A stretch of DNA of 64,000 nucleotides, taken from an uncultured Candidatus Micrarchaeota archaeon (GTDB lineage Archaea; Micrarchaeota; Micrarchaeia; Micrarchaeales; Micrarchaeaceae). The position numbers and the translations under genes were made by a program. Location of the stretch: NCBI GenBank assembly GCA_963741095.1, contig CAVUGN010000001.1:79747-143746 (forward strand), in the 5' to 3' direction. This document shows, piece after piece, positions 10,186 through 19,909 of this stretch (positions are counted from its first letter, which is position 1; each line of letters starts with the position of its first letter). The notes under the pieces are model-generated. The model was not told the DNA's origin and made no database searches. It saw nothing but the letters and a program-made list of their open reading frames with translations.

Positions 10186-10700
10186 CCGAGAACAAGATGC
10201 GCGAAGTGAAGATAAACAAGCTCGTAGTCAACATAGGCACGGGCAGCGAGGAGCCGAAGCTCGTCAACGCGAGGAGGCTCATCGAGACGCTCACGAAGAG
10301 GAAGCCGATGGATCAGCTGGCGAAGCACAGGCTGCCGGCCTTCAAGATAGCGCAGGGGCAGAAGATAGGCGCCTACGTCACGGTCAGGGGCAGCGACGCG
10401 ATGGAGTTGGCGAAGAGGCTCTTCGACGCGGTCGGCAACAAGATTGACAGCAGGAAGGTCACGGACAACAGCGTGAGCTTCGGCATAAAGGAGTACATAG
10501 ACATAAGCGGGGTCAAGTACGACCCTAAGATTGGAATGCTTGGAATGAATGTCAACCTCTCGTTCATGAGGAGCGGATTGAGGGTTGCGCAGAGGAAGAG
10601 AAGGGTTGCGGAGGTGCCGGAATCCCACAGGAAGATATCGCCGGAGGAGATAGCCGCATTCCTGAAGAAGAATTTGGATGTAGAGGTTGTGAGCTCATGA
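10182..10700 (+). CDS. rpl5: 50S ribosomal protein uL5
   Basis: [36 protein letters not shown]; GTG start overlaps the rps4e stop. Confidence 0.96.
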   Translation: MTENKMREVKINKLVVNIGTGSEEPKLVNARRLIETLTKRKPMDQLAKHRLPAFKIAQGQKIGAYVTVRGSDAMELAKRLFDAVGNKIDSRKVTDNSVSFGIKEYIDISGVKYDPKIGMLGMNVNLSFMRSGLRVAQRKRRVAEVPESHRKISPEEIAAFLKKNLDVEVVSS

Positions 10701-10855
10701 TGGTTAGACTAGAAGAGAGGAGGAAAGGCAAGGGCACAAGGAAGTGCAGGATATGCGGAGGCTCTAGGGCACTCATAAGGGCGCACGGGCTTCGCGTCTG
10801 CAGGAGGTGCTTCCGAGAGGTGGCCCCGGAGCTGGGCTTCAAGCAATACGGTTGA
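10697..10855 (+). CDS. rps14: 30S ribosomal protein uS14, zinc-binding (missing from the ORF track)
   Basis: Manual translation [52 protein letters not shown]. Confidence 0.96.
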   Translation: MMVRLEERRKGKGTRKCRICGGSRALIRAHGLRVCRRCFREVAPELGFKQYG

Positions 10856-10859
10856 TTGT

Positions 10860-11240
10860 ATGGATAGATTCGCTGACGCTATAAACCAGATAAAGACGAA
10901 CGAGCGCATTGGAAGGGAGGGCTGCGTTCTCCACTCCACGAAGCTGATAAAGTCCGTGCTCGAGGTCATGAAGAAGGAATCCTACATAACCGACTACGAG
11001 GAGTTCACGGAAGGCAAATTCAAGATGATAAAGCTGAAGCTGTCGAACAAGATAAACGGCATCGGCGTTGTCAAGCCGAGGTTCGCAGTCTCATACAAGA
11101 CCATACAGAAATACGAAATGCGATACGTCCCGAGCAGGGACTTCGGAGTGCTCATCATATCCACCTCGAAGGGAGTGATGACGAACAAGGACATCAAGAC
11201 GGAAAAAATCGGCGGAAGGCTGCTGGCCTACGTCTACTGA
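10860..11240 (+). CDS. rps8: 30S ribosomal protein uS8
   Basis: DRFADAINQIK, GVVKPRF, IISTSKGVMT, GGRLLAYVY. Confidence 0.96.
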   Translation: MDRFADAINQIKTNERIGREGCVLHSTKLIKSVLEVMKKESYITDYEEFTEGKFKMIKLKLSNKINGIGVVKPRFAVSYKTIQKYEMRYVPSRDFGVLIISTSKGVMTNKDIKTEKIGGRLLAYVY

Positions 11241-11249
11241 AATGATTCT

Positions 11250-11774
11250 ATGATACAGATAGCCATACCAGAGGGGGTCAAAGTCGACATCCAGGGCAGC
11301 ACGATCAACGTGACCGGGCCCTTGGGAGCGAACAAGCGGACCATAAACGAGAAGATGCTCACGGTCACGACCGCAGGCAAGGAGGTAAAGATCGACAGCG
11401 TCAAGACGTTCAAGAACTTGCTCAAGAAGACCTCTAACTGCGAGAATTCCTTTGCAAAGGAACTCAAGAATGACATGGCGGGAGTCACAAAGCACTATGA
11501 GATACAGATGAAGATCGTCTTCGCGCACTTCCCGATAAGCATAGAGATCAAGAACGGCGAGGTCAGGATAAACAACATGATCGGAGAGAGGGCGCCGAGA
11601 ATATCCAAGATTGTGGGCAGCACCAAGGTCGAGGTGAAGGGCCAGGACATGAGACTGTACGGCACGAGCAAGGACGATGTGACGCAGACCGCCGCGAACC
11701 TCAGAAAGACGGTCAAGATAAGGAAGAAGGACGAGCGAACGTTCCAGGACGGAATTTACTACAGCATAGATTGA
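11250..11774 (+). CDS. rpl6: 50S ribosomal protein uL6
   Basis: IAIPEGV, AHFPI, DERTFQDGIY. Confidence 0.96.
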   Translation: MIQIAIPEGVKVDIQGSTINVTGPLGANKRTINEKMLTVTTAGKEVKIDSVKTFKNLLKKTSNCENSFAKELKNDMAGVTKHYEIQMKIVFAHFPISIEIKNGEVRINNMIGERAPRISKIVGSTKVEVKGQDMRLYGTSKDDVTQTAANLRKTVKIRKKDERTFQDGIYYSID

Positions 11775-11778
11775 TTGC

Positions 11779-12147
11779 ATGATTGTCAAGAAAAAGAGCC
11801 ACCCGAACTTCAAAGTGCCGAACTACGGCGCCAAGAACAGGAGTCGAGTCAAGGCCAGATGGAGGAAGCAGAGGGGCATAGACAACAAGAAGAGGATAAA
11901 GAAGGATTTCGCCGGAGCTGAGCCGACCATAGGCTACAAGAACATGGATTCACAGATGGGACTCAGGGCTGACGGCAACCGGATGATACTTGTGCACAAC
12001 GTCGCAGAGCTGCAGGGCTTCATAGACAGGAAGGAGCTGCAGAATTGTGTGGTCACGGTCTCGAGGAGCGTCTCCAAGAGGAAGAACGCCGAGATAACCG
12101 GGCTGGCGACGAAGAACAAAGTGAAGGTCACGAACGGTGTGTATTGA
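11779..12147 (+). CDS. rpl32e: 50S ribosomal protein eL32
   Basis: WRKQRGIDNK, PTIGY, LVHNVAEL. Confidence 0.93.
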   Translation: MIVKKKSHPNFKVPNYGAKNRSRVKARWRKQRGIDNKKRIKKDFAGAEPTIGYKNMDSQMGLRADGNRMILVHNVAELQGFIDRKELQNCVVTVSRSVSKRKNAEITGLATKNKVKVTNGVY

Positions 12148-12620
12148 TGAGTGTAAAGCTTACCAGAAGGATAGCAAGCGAGCTGCTCGGAAGAGGGGCG
12201 ACCAAGATAAGGTTCAAGCCTGAAGCCGTGCCGGACGCGGAGAAGGCACTGACAAGGGACGACGTTAGGGCGATGATAAAGAGCGGAAGCGTGTTCGCGC
12301 TCCCGATGAAGCACAACATCAGCGCCTACGGTGCGGAGCTCGCGAAGAAGCGAACCCAGGGAAGGAAGAGGGGCCAGGGCAAGAGGAGAGGAACGCTCAA
12401 GGCGAGAGGACAGCTGGACTACAAGAAGAAGATAAGGGCCCAGCGCAGGGTCATCGCCTCGCTCAAGGCCGACAAGACCATCGACAACCTGATGTTCAAG
12501 AAGCTGTATCTGCTGGTGAAGGGAGGAACCTTCCCGAACAAGGTCACGCTGCTCAACAGGATAAGGAGCGAGGGCGTGGCTCTTGACGAGGAGAAGTTCG
12601 CCAAGCTCAGGCACATGTGA
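12147..12620 (+). CDS. rpl19e: 50S ribosomal protein eL19
   Basis: RRIASELL, ALTRDDVR, GRKRGQGKRRGT, LYLLVKGGTF. Confidence 0.95.
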   Translation: MSVKLTRRIASELLGRGATKIRFKPEAVPDAEKALTRDDVRAMIKSGSVFALPMKHNISAYGAELAKKRTQGRKRGQGKRRGTLKARGQLDYKKKIRAQRRVIASLKADKTIDNLMFKKLYLLVKGGTFPNKVTLLNRIRSEGVALDEEKFAKLRHM

Positions 12621-13183
12621 TATTCATGCAAAAACTCAGACGAGTGAGGAGGACAAAGGCTTTGACGAACTACAAGAAGCGCATAGCGATGCTGAAGGGC
12701 GGGCTGGCGAGAGTTGTAGTCAGGAAGAGCAACCGCGCGATAAACGTCCAGATCGCGGAGTACGACAGCACTGGAGACAAGGTGGTCACGAGCGCGAACT
12801 CGAAGGAGTTGAAGGCGTTCGGCTGGGAGCCAAGGAGCAACATACCCACTGCTTATCTGACCGGGCTGCTGCTCGCGAAGAAGGCGAAGGGCATGAAGGG
12901 CAAGGAATTGATACTCGACATAGGCCTCTACAGGCCGATGAAGGGTTCTGTCATCTTCGCCGCCGCGAAGGGCACGGTTGACGGTGGGATTAATATAATA
13001 TCAAACATAGAGATTGATGCTAAGAGACTGTCGGGGTCGCACATAGCCGACTTCTCGATAAAGGGTGACGCGCTCGCGAAGGCGTCCAAGTCGCAGTTCA
13101 CTGCCTACGCGAAGGCGAATTTCGACGTCAGCAAGATGACCGAGAAGTTCGAGGAGGTGAAGAAGAAGATATTGAGTGGTTAA
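12617..13183 (+). CDS. rpl18: 50S ribosomal protein uL18
   Basis: TNYKKR, RVVVRKSNR, NIPTAYLTG, ILDIG; start is GTG 12617 or ATG 12626. Confidence 0.95.
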   Translation: MIFMQKLRRVRRTKALTNYKKRIAMLKGGLARVVVRKSNRAINVQIAEYDSTGDKVVTSANSKELKAFGWEPRSNIPTAYLTGLLLAKKAKGMKGKELILDIGLYRPMKGSVIFAAAKGTVDGGINIISNIEIDAKRLSGSHIADFSIKGDALAKASKSQFTAYAKANFDVSKMTEKFEEVKKKILSG

Positions 13184-13855
13184 TTGGCATATCGTTACGT
13201 ACAAAGGCGTGAAGAGGAGGTCAGGTTCAACATCGGGGACTGGGAGCCGCGCACAGAGCTTGGCAGGAACGTCAAGGCAGGCACCGTCACCTCAATTGAG
13301 CAGATATTCCACGAGGGCAGGAGGATAGAAGAGCCTGAGATCATAGACGCTCTTCTGCCGAACCTGAAGAACGAGGTCATAGAGATAGCCAGCGTCCAGA
13401 GAATGACGAAGAACAACAGGAAGATGAAGTACCGCGTCACCGCGGTCGTCGGGGACATGAACGGCCACATAGGCGTCGGCGCGGGCAAGGACATCGAAGT
13501 AAAGGCGGCGATAGACAGCGCGATAAAGAACGCGAAGAGCAACGTAATACCGATAATACTGGGCTGCGGATCGTGGCAGTGCGAGTGCGGATCCAAGCAC
13601 AGCATACCCTTCACTGTTGAGGGAAGGTGCGGCAGCGTGCAGATAATATTGAAGCCGGCGCCGAGAGGCCTTGGCATAGTCGCAAGCGGCCCGGTGAAGA
13701 AGGCCCTTGTGCTTGCGGGGCTGAAGGACGCGTGGACATTCTCGAGGGGAAGGACAAGGTCCAAGTACAACACCCTGCTAGCTCTTTACAGGGCCCTTGA
13801 AGTGATAAACCACATGAAGAACATCCAGGAAAAGATGATGGCGGCACCGGAGTGA
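13184..13855 (+). CDS. rps5: 30S ribosomal protein uS5
   Basis: WEPRTELG, VQRMT, GCGSWQC, PAPRGLG; TTG start. Confidence 0.96.
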   Translation: MAYRYVQRREEEVRFNIGDWEPRTELGRNVKAGTVTSIEQIFHEGRRIEEPEIIDALLPNLKNEVIEIASVQRMTKNNRKMKYRVTAVVGDMNGHIGVGAGKDIEVKAAIDSAIKNAKSNVIPIILGCGSWQCECGSKHSIPFTVEGRCGSVQIILKPAPRGLGIVASGPVKKALVLAGLKDAWTFSRGRTRSKYNTLLALYRALEVINHMKNIQEKMMAAPE

Positions 13856-13859
13856 TTTG

Positions 13860-14501
13860 ATGAGCGAGGGAATAATAGTGCCGGGTGAAAAGCTTGGCAC
13901 AGAGGAGGAATTCGCAGCCGGGGAGAACACCTACGTCAACGGAGGCGTCATGTATTCGACGGTAACCGGCGTGAAGACGGTCAAGGAGGGAGTCCTGAGC
14001 GTGAGGTCGGTTGGCCGAGAGGTGAGGACGGTCGGGAAGGGCATGCGCGTCCTGGGCAGCGTCGTCGGGGACATGAAGAGTGTCATATTCGTAAAGATAG
14101 ACAACATCAACACGGACAACAGGGAGTACATCGCGATAAAGGACGGGAAGATAGTGATGCCGAAGGTGCACGACGGCGGACGCTTCCAGAGGCGCGGCGG
14201 CCCTTATGAGGGCAGGCACGAGCACATGAGGGAGGCGCCGAAGCCGATGAGGCCATGCGGAATTGGCGACATAATAATCGCTAGCGTCCAATACAACGAC
14301 AAGGATTCGTACGCCCTGAGCCTTGAGGGCATGGAAGAGGGAGTCGTCTATGCGAAATGCGAGCAGTGCAACGGCGAGATGGATCTTGAGGCGGGAAGGG
14401 GAACGCTCAGGTGCAAGATCTGCGGACACACCGAAGCAAGGAAGATAAGCTCGCTCTACAATAAGCCTGATGCTATAAAGAAGCTTTTCGAGGGGGTTTA
14501 A
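13860..14501 (+). CDS. csl4: exosome RNA-binding subunit Csl4
   Basis: VPGEKLGTEEEF.AGENTY, S1-like middle, C-terminal CEQC...CKICG...EARKIS zinc ribbon. Confidence 0.88.
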   Translation: MSEGIIVPGEKLGTEEEFAAGENTYVNGGVMYSTVTGVKTVKEGVLSVRSVGREVRTVGKGMRVLGSVVGDMKSVIFVKIDNINTDNREYIAIKDGKIVMPKVHDGGRFQRRGGPYEGRHEHMREAPKPMRPCGIGDIIIASVQYNDKDSYALSLEGMEEGVVYAKCEQCNGEMDLEAGRGTLRCKICGHTEARKISSLYNKPDAIKKLFEGV

Positions 14502-14779
14502 TGAAGATAAACGTTAAAAAGGACGAGGGAAAGGAGCTTCAGATAGAGTTCGAGGCTCCGGACCTTACCGTGCCGGACATGATAGCAAAGGAATTGCTCA
14601 CCAGCGACAGCGTCGAGTTCGCCGGAGTGCTGAAGGACCACCCGGAAGTGGGCAAGCCGCTGCTGGTGGTGAAGAGCAAGAAGAGCGCCAAGAGCGACCT
14701 GGTCAAGGCATTGGGAAACATAGATGAGGCTTTTACTGACTTGAAGTCCCAGATCTCCAAGACAAAGAAAAGCAAGTAG
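14501..14779 (+). CDS. rpoL: RNA polymerase subunit Rpo11 (RpoL)
   Basis: 92 aa, VEFAGVLKDHP; conserved csl4-rpoL gene order. Confidence 0.85.
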   Translation: MKINVKKDEGKELQIEFEAPDLTVPDMIAKELLTSDSVEFAGVLKDHPEVGKPLLVVKSKKSAKSDLVKALGNIDEAFTDLKSQISKTKKSK

Positions 14780-14784
14780 ATTAG

Positions 14785-15339
14785 TTGAAAGCCGGAACAA
14801 GGCTTGTCGCAATCGCAAGCGGGCCTATACAGGGTAGGAAGCGTGCGCTTCTTGTAGGGATAGTAGCACAAAAAAATACGGTAGAGGGCGTGATATCCGG
14901 CAGCGTCGCGGTGAATGGCGACGACGCCACCAGAAGGATAATCTCGATGGTGGGCAAGACAAGGTTCAAGGAGCAGATAGGACTTGTCGTCCTGAACGGC
15001 GTGGCGATTGCGGGCCTGAACGTCGTGGATGTCGAGAAACTCGAAAAGGCCATGGGAGTCGAGACGATAATACTCACCAGGACAAGGCCCGATCCTAGGA
15101 AGCTGATCCATGCGCTCAATTCCTTTGCGAAGAAGGACAATGTTGACGTCAAGGGCAGGGTTGCGCTCGTGAGGGCGCAGGCGAAGAGAAAGACCGAAAA
15201 AGCCAGCGGCTTCCGTCTGCAGAGCCTGATGAGCAAACACGACCTCGCCGTCTTCGCCACACAGAGCTACGAGATGATTCGTGTGGCGCACCTTGTGGCA
15301 AACGGCGTTTCCACGGGCGAGTCCAGGGGCAGGATATAG
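14785..15339 (+). CDS. DUF99-family (endonuclease V-like) protein
   Basis: VNGDDAT, LNGVAIAGLNVVD, EMIRVAHLVA; typical neighbour of rpoL. Confidence 0.75.
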   Translation: MKAGTRLVAIASGPIQGRKRALLVGIVAQKNTVEGVISGSVAVNGDDATRRIISMVGKTRFKEQIGLVVLNGVAIAGLNVVDVEKLEKAMGVETIILTRTRPDPRKLIHALNSFAKKDNVDVKGRVALVRAQAKRKTEKASGFRLQSLMSKHDLAVFATQSYEMIRVAHLVANGVSTGESRGRI

Positions 15340-15461
15340 ATACCTTCATGCCATTAATTTGGAGGCATCGCAAGCCGTATATATTTGACCAATTTGATAC
15401 TTATTGGGATGAGAGAGTTATTGCATGATGGAATGCAATAAACGTCACAGTAAAGGAGTGG

Positions 15462-16115
15462 ATGAACAGAAGCGCAAACAAGGACGGAAGGATGACGCCG
15501 CAGCGGGTGGAGGAACTGAGGGCGTTCGTTCGCGGAATAGATGTAACTCCAGAGGGTATAGTAAACAAGCCAGCCGCTGGGCCGAATGATATCGTAAAGA
15601 GATCCGATGTGGACAAGGATGTGGCAAGCGGATTGGGAAAGAAGCTGATGGAAGAATTAAAAAAGCAGAATGTCGACGCTGACAAAGTCAGTAAACTGAT
15701 TTATGACGGGGCCGATCTGGATTTTGTCGACGAACACGGCAACACGGCGATGATATGGGCGGTGCGGAACGACAAGGCAGGATTCGTCGAGGCATTGATA
15801 CGCGCCGGAGCCAACATGAACATCAAGGACGCCCAGGGCAACACCGCATTGATGCACGCCACAATCTATGGCAACGGGAACATCTTCAGCCTGCTGCTGA
15901 ACAATGGCGCAGACATGGATCTGCAGAACAAGACAGGCATGACTGCGCTGATGCTGGCCGCGAAATATAGTGATGACAAGATCCTGCAGAAATTGCTGTC
16001 TGCAGGAGCAAACGTACGCCTTAGGGACAATCTCAACAGGACGGTTTTCGAGCAAAGGCGCATGTCCGAGAGCGTGAGAAGGATACTCGAAGGGATAGAG
16101 AACAGGAGGGTGTAG
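15462..16115 (+). CDS. ankyrin-repeat protein
   Basis: Three clear repeats: GNTAMIWA..LIRAGANMN, GNTALMHA..LLNNGADMD, GMTALMLA..LLSAGANV. Confidence 0.93.
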   Translation: MNRSANKDGRMTPQRVEELRAFVRGIDVTPEGIVNKPAAGPNDIVKRSDVDKDVASGLGKKLMEELKKQNVDADKVSKLIYDGADLDFVDEHGNTAMIWAVRNDKAGFVEALIRAGANMNIKDAQGNTALMHATIYGNGNIFSLLLNNGADMDLQNKTGMTALMLAAKYSDDKILQKLLSAGANVRLRDNLNRTVFEQRRMSESVRRILEGIENRRV

Positions 16116-16119
16116 CATT

Positions 16120-18534
16120 CTAGCGGCTCTCCTGGTCGATGTAATTGTTGATGGCGTCTTCTGTGGTTTTTGGCGGGTTGCTCTGCGGAACGCTGTACTC
16201 CGGAGGATTGGATTCTCTTCTGAAGAGGGTAAGGTAGACGATGACCAGCGCTACCACAAACAGAAGGATGGCCACCAGCGTGAGTGGATCGATTATCGAC
16301 TTCTGTGAAGGTATCTTTGGCAACAGGCTCGTCGTGTTGGTCTCGGTTATGTTTGTCTCGAGGTACCCGAATCCTATCGCATATATCGACAATCCTGGCG
16401 AGGTCGCCGAATAGAAGTACTGCGTTGCATTCGATCCGGTAAGATTGGTCGGAAGGGCGATCCATCTCGCGGCAGTGATGTTTTGCCTGTAAAGACGCAC
16501 GGATTGCGGACTAACGCCCCCCATGGTAAGCAGACGCTTGCTCACGTTGAACCGGTACTGGACGGCTTTTATCAGAGAGTCGTTGACGCTGCTGTTTATC
16601 ACGATGACTCCTATCACGTTGCCCAGGTTGGTGTTGGAGGCTATGGCGCTGGTTATCGTGTTGGACGCGCTTACGCTGTTGTACACCGTTATGCCAGCCG
16701 CAAGCGCGGTTATGTTCCGGCTTGGCACCAGGACCATCGAGTTCAGGGATATCCTCTTTGCGCTCGTGGTGTTGACGTAATTGCTCGAGTTCCTTACCAG
16801 GTTGGTGACGCTTATCACGGCAGAGTTCCTCTTTGAGCTGTACACCGTGACCGTGGATGGAACGTAATGCGTCGTTCCCGTGTTGCCGTGTATCACCGCT
16901 GATGCATGAATGTCGGTGTGTGTGGTCACGCTGATGCTCGAGACGTTGGGCATGTAGTTAAGAACGTATTGTGCACCGAGCTGAGCGGGCGTTATTGATG
17001 ACTGGTTTGCGGTTATCTTTCTTATTGTAGCCACGCTGATGTTCTGCGAGCCTACCGCGCTTGAGGAATTCCAGGATATGACCACGCCATTGGCGGTGCC
17101 GTTGGTCTGATTTGAGCTCATTATCGTCGAATTTATTATCGAGAAACCCTTCGGGGTGGAATTGGTCACGAACTGGTTCAGCAGCGTGGTGTTGGTTGAG
17201 AGGGTGTTTGCCCGGCTCGGGATGTTGCCTGCCGCGCTTATCGTTGTTATTCCCTGGGTGTTGTTGACCGCACCGTTGCAGCCGTTGCAGTTGACCACGA
17301 CCGAGTTGGGTGTGGTCGACAGCGCGATTAGCGCGTTCGCAGATATGCCTATCGAGCTTGAGATGTTCTGGATGGCTGCCTGCGACGAATTGCTTACGGA
17401 TACGGCGACTCTGGGCGACCAGCAGCCCATTGTGGTCGCATTGTACACTGACGGGGGAGCGCATATGTACGGCACGTTGATGTACTGCGTTAGCGAGTAG
17501 CTCAGCGAGCCTGCGGCGTCCATCAGCTTGTAGCAATAATAAGCCGAAGCATTCGGGTAAACTGGGAAGTATGCGGGCGAGGCGTTGAAACTTAGGTACG
17601 TCACTGGCCTAGTGTCGGATCCGCATGCCGTGGATGAACCAGAGAACACGTACATCCTGAAGGGCCTTGCGTTGCCAAACCATGACGCCCTTATCGTCGC
17701 GCTGCCGCCGGTTGAAGTGGCAGTCACGCCGGAGACCATGGATATCGTGAGGTTGGAAAGAGGTATTGCCTGTATTGTTGTCGTGATTGAAGTTGAGCTC
17801 GTGTGGTTCGCGATGGTGTTTGAAGGTATTGTGGTGGTGTATTGAATCGTGGTGGAGGTCGTGGGCTTGGTGGTGGTCGAGGAGGACGTTATCGAGCTCG
17901 TCACAGTGTTTGTCGGTATTGTGGTTGTTGTCGTGGTGGTCGTGGGGTTGATCACGTAGACGTACATTGCCTGTGAGTATGCGTAGTTGCTGGCCGAATC
18001 CACCGCTTTGTAGCAGTAGTAGCCCGATGCGGTTGGGTAGACTGTGATGTAATAATAGGATGCTGAAGGATAGTGGTACGTTGCCACGTTGTTGGTATCG
18101 GATCCGCAGGAGGAAGATGTGCCGGAGTATACATAGAGCGAGTATTGGCTTGGACCTCCGAGCCATGCGGCGCGCATCACCACGTTGCCACCGATGAGCA
18201 CGTTTGCCGCAGACATGCTGATTGTCAAGCCGTATGGCGCAATTATGCTGTTGGATATTATTGTCGTGGAACTCGAGGAGGAGGATGTGCTGGAGACTGT
18301 CGATGTGATGGTTGATGTGATGGTGGATGTGGAGACGCTTGAAGATGACACTGTCGAGACGACCGATGTGGAGGACGACGAGCTGGAGGTCGGCTGGGAT
18401 GTCGTTGATAAGGTGGTTGTCGGGGAGTTTACGGGTATGGTCGTAGAGGATGTCGTGTTTATTGTGTTCGAATCGGCGTGGACGTAAGGCATGGCCATTA
18501 CGGCCATGACAAGCACGGCCGAGAGCAGAACCAT
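16120..18534 (-). CDS. secreted S/T-rich cell-surface glycoprotein with PGF-pre-PGF-like domain and C-terminal TM anchor
   Basis: Signal peptide, S/T linkers, two copies of a SG.S..CGSDT...YYCYK domain, YSATSPGLSIYAIG, then TM and RR. Confidence 0.75.
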   Translation of the reverse strand: MVLLSAVLVMAVMAMPYVHADSNTINTTSSTTIPVNSPTTTLSTTSQPTSSSSSSTSVVSTVSSSSVSTSTITSTITSTVSSTSSSSSSTTIISNSIIAPYGLTISMSAANVLIGGNVVMRAAWLGGPSQYSLYVYSGTSSSCGSDTNNVATYHYPSASYYYITVYPTASGYYCYKAVDSASNYAYSQAMYVYVINPTTTTTTTTIPTNTVTSSITSSSTTTKPTTSTTIQYTTTIPSNTIANHTSSTSITTTIQAIPLSNLTISMVSGVTATSTGGSATIRASWFGNARPFRMYVFSGSSTACGSDTRPVTYLSFNASPAYFPVYPNASAYYCYKLMDAAGSLSYSLTQYINVPYICAPPSVYNATTMGCWSPRVAVSVSNSSQAAIQNISSSIGISANALIALSTTPNSVVVNCNGCNGAVNNTQGITTISAAGNIPSRANTLSTNTTLLNQFVTNSTPKGFSIINSTIMSSNQTNGTANGVVISWNSSSAVGSQNISVATIRKITANQSSITPAQLGAQYVLNYMPNVSSISVTTHTDIHASAVIHGNTGTTHYVPSTVTVYSSKRNSAVISVTNLVRNSSNYVNTTSAKRISLNSMVLVPSRNITALAAGITVYNSVSASNTITSAIASNTNLGNVIGVIVINSSVNDSLIKAVQYRFNVSKRLLTMGGVSPQSVRLYRQNITAARWIALPTNLTGSNATQYFYSATSPGLSIYAIGFGYLETNITETNTTSLLPKIPSQKSIIDPLTLVAILLFVVALVIVYLTLFRRESNPPEYSVPQSNPPKTTEDAINNYIDQESR

Positions 18535-19909
18535 CGCAAGCAGAACGTACGAATTCGAAGGGCTAGAAATCTTTATACCAACACCGGTTATTGCAGACTC
18601 AGTGCAGATTTATATCCCTTTCCGAATATTTTGGAGGATGTTGTTCGGGGACAAAGAGGGGATGGCGCAACCAATGCGCAGATGCAGATTACCTAATGCA
18701 ACCGATAAGATAGGTATAAATACGTTTACGCCGTATACATTATGCTTCTTTCTGTTGTTTTTTGTTTGGTTAGAGTGAAAATTCCTGTTTGGAATTGGAT
18801 GTAGTCTTGAGGACGTGTATAGCGAAGAACTGCAACCAACAGTTGGTTAAGTTTAAAGACTCCAGTCGATGCTGCTGGAGGGCACCGCTATCAGATTTCG
18901 ACAGCCATGCAAGTCGGCTCAACCACCTGGTTGGGCGGCGTACGGCTCAGTAACACGTAGTCAATCTACCGCAAAGAGGCGAATAACGTTGGGAAACTGA
19001 CGCTAATGCACCATAGGCTATGACACCTGGAAGGAGTCATAGTTTAAAGGGACATGAATTGTAGTGTTTCCACTTTGCGATGAGGCTGCGGCGGATCAGG
19101 CAGATGGCGGGGTAACGGCCCACCATACCAATAACCCGTAGGGGATGTGAAAGCATAAGCCCCGAGAAGGGCACTGAGACAAGGGCCCTAGCGCTACGGC
19201 GTGCAGCAGGCGCGAAAACTCCACAATGTGCGAAAGCATGATGGGGGGAATCTGAGTGATTCACTTCGGTGAATCTTTTGCTAAGTACAGCAAGCTTGGC
19301 GAATAAGTGCTGGGCAAGACCGGTGGCAGCCGCCACGGTAATACCGGCAGCACAAGTGGTGTCCACGATTATTGGGCTTAAAGCGCTCGTAGCTGGCCGA
19401 AGCCGTCTCATGTAAAATATTGGTGCTTAACATCAATGCGTGCATGAGATACCCTTCGGCTTGGGAGCGGGTGAGGTCAGGAGTACTTATGGGGGAGGGG
19501 TAAAATCCTGTAATCCTATAAGGACTAACGGTGGCGAAGGCGCCTGACCAGAACGCATTCGACAGTGAGGAGCGAAGGCTAGGAGAACGAATCGGATCAG
19601 ATACCCGAGTAGCCCTAGCAGTAAATTATGCAGACTCTGGTGTTACAAACATCTCGAATGTTTGTAGTACCGTAGCGTAAGTGTTAAGTCTGCCGCCTGG
19701 GGAGTACGGCCGCAAGGTTGAAACTTAAAACAATTGGCGGGGGAGCACCACAAGACGTGGATGCTGCGGTTTAATTGAATACATCGTCGGAAATATTACC
19801 AGAAGCGACGGCAGTGTGAAGGTCAGACTAAAGATCTTACCAGACGAGCCGAGAGGTAGTGCATGGCGATCGTCAGCTCGTGGTGTGAACTGTCCGGTTA
19901 AGTCCGGTA

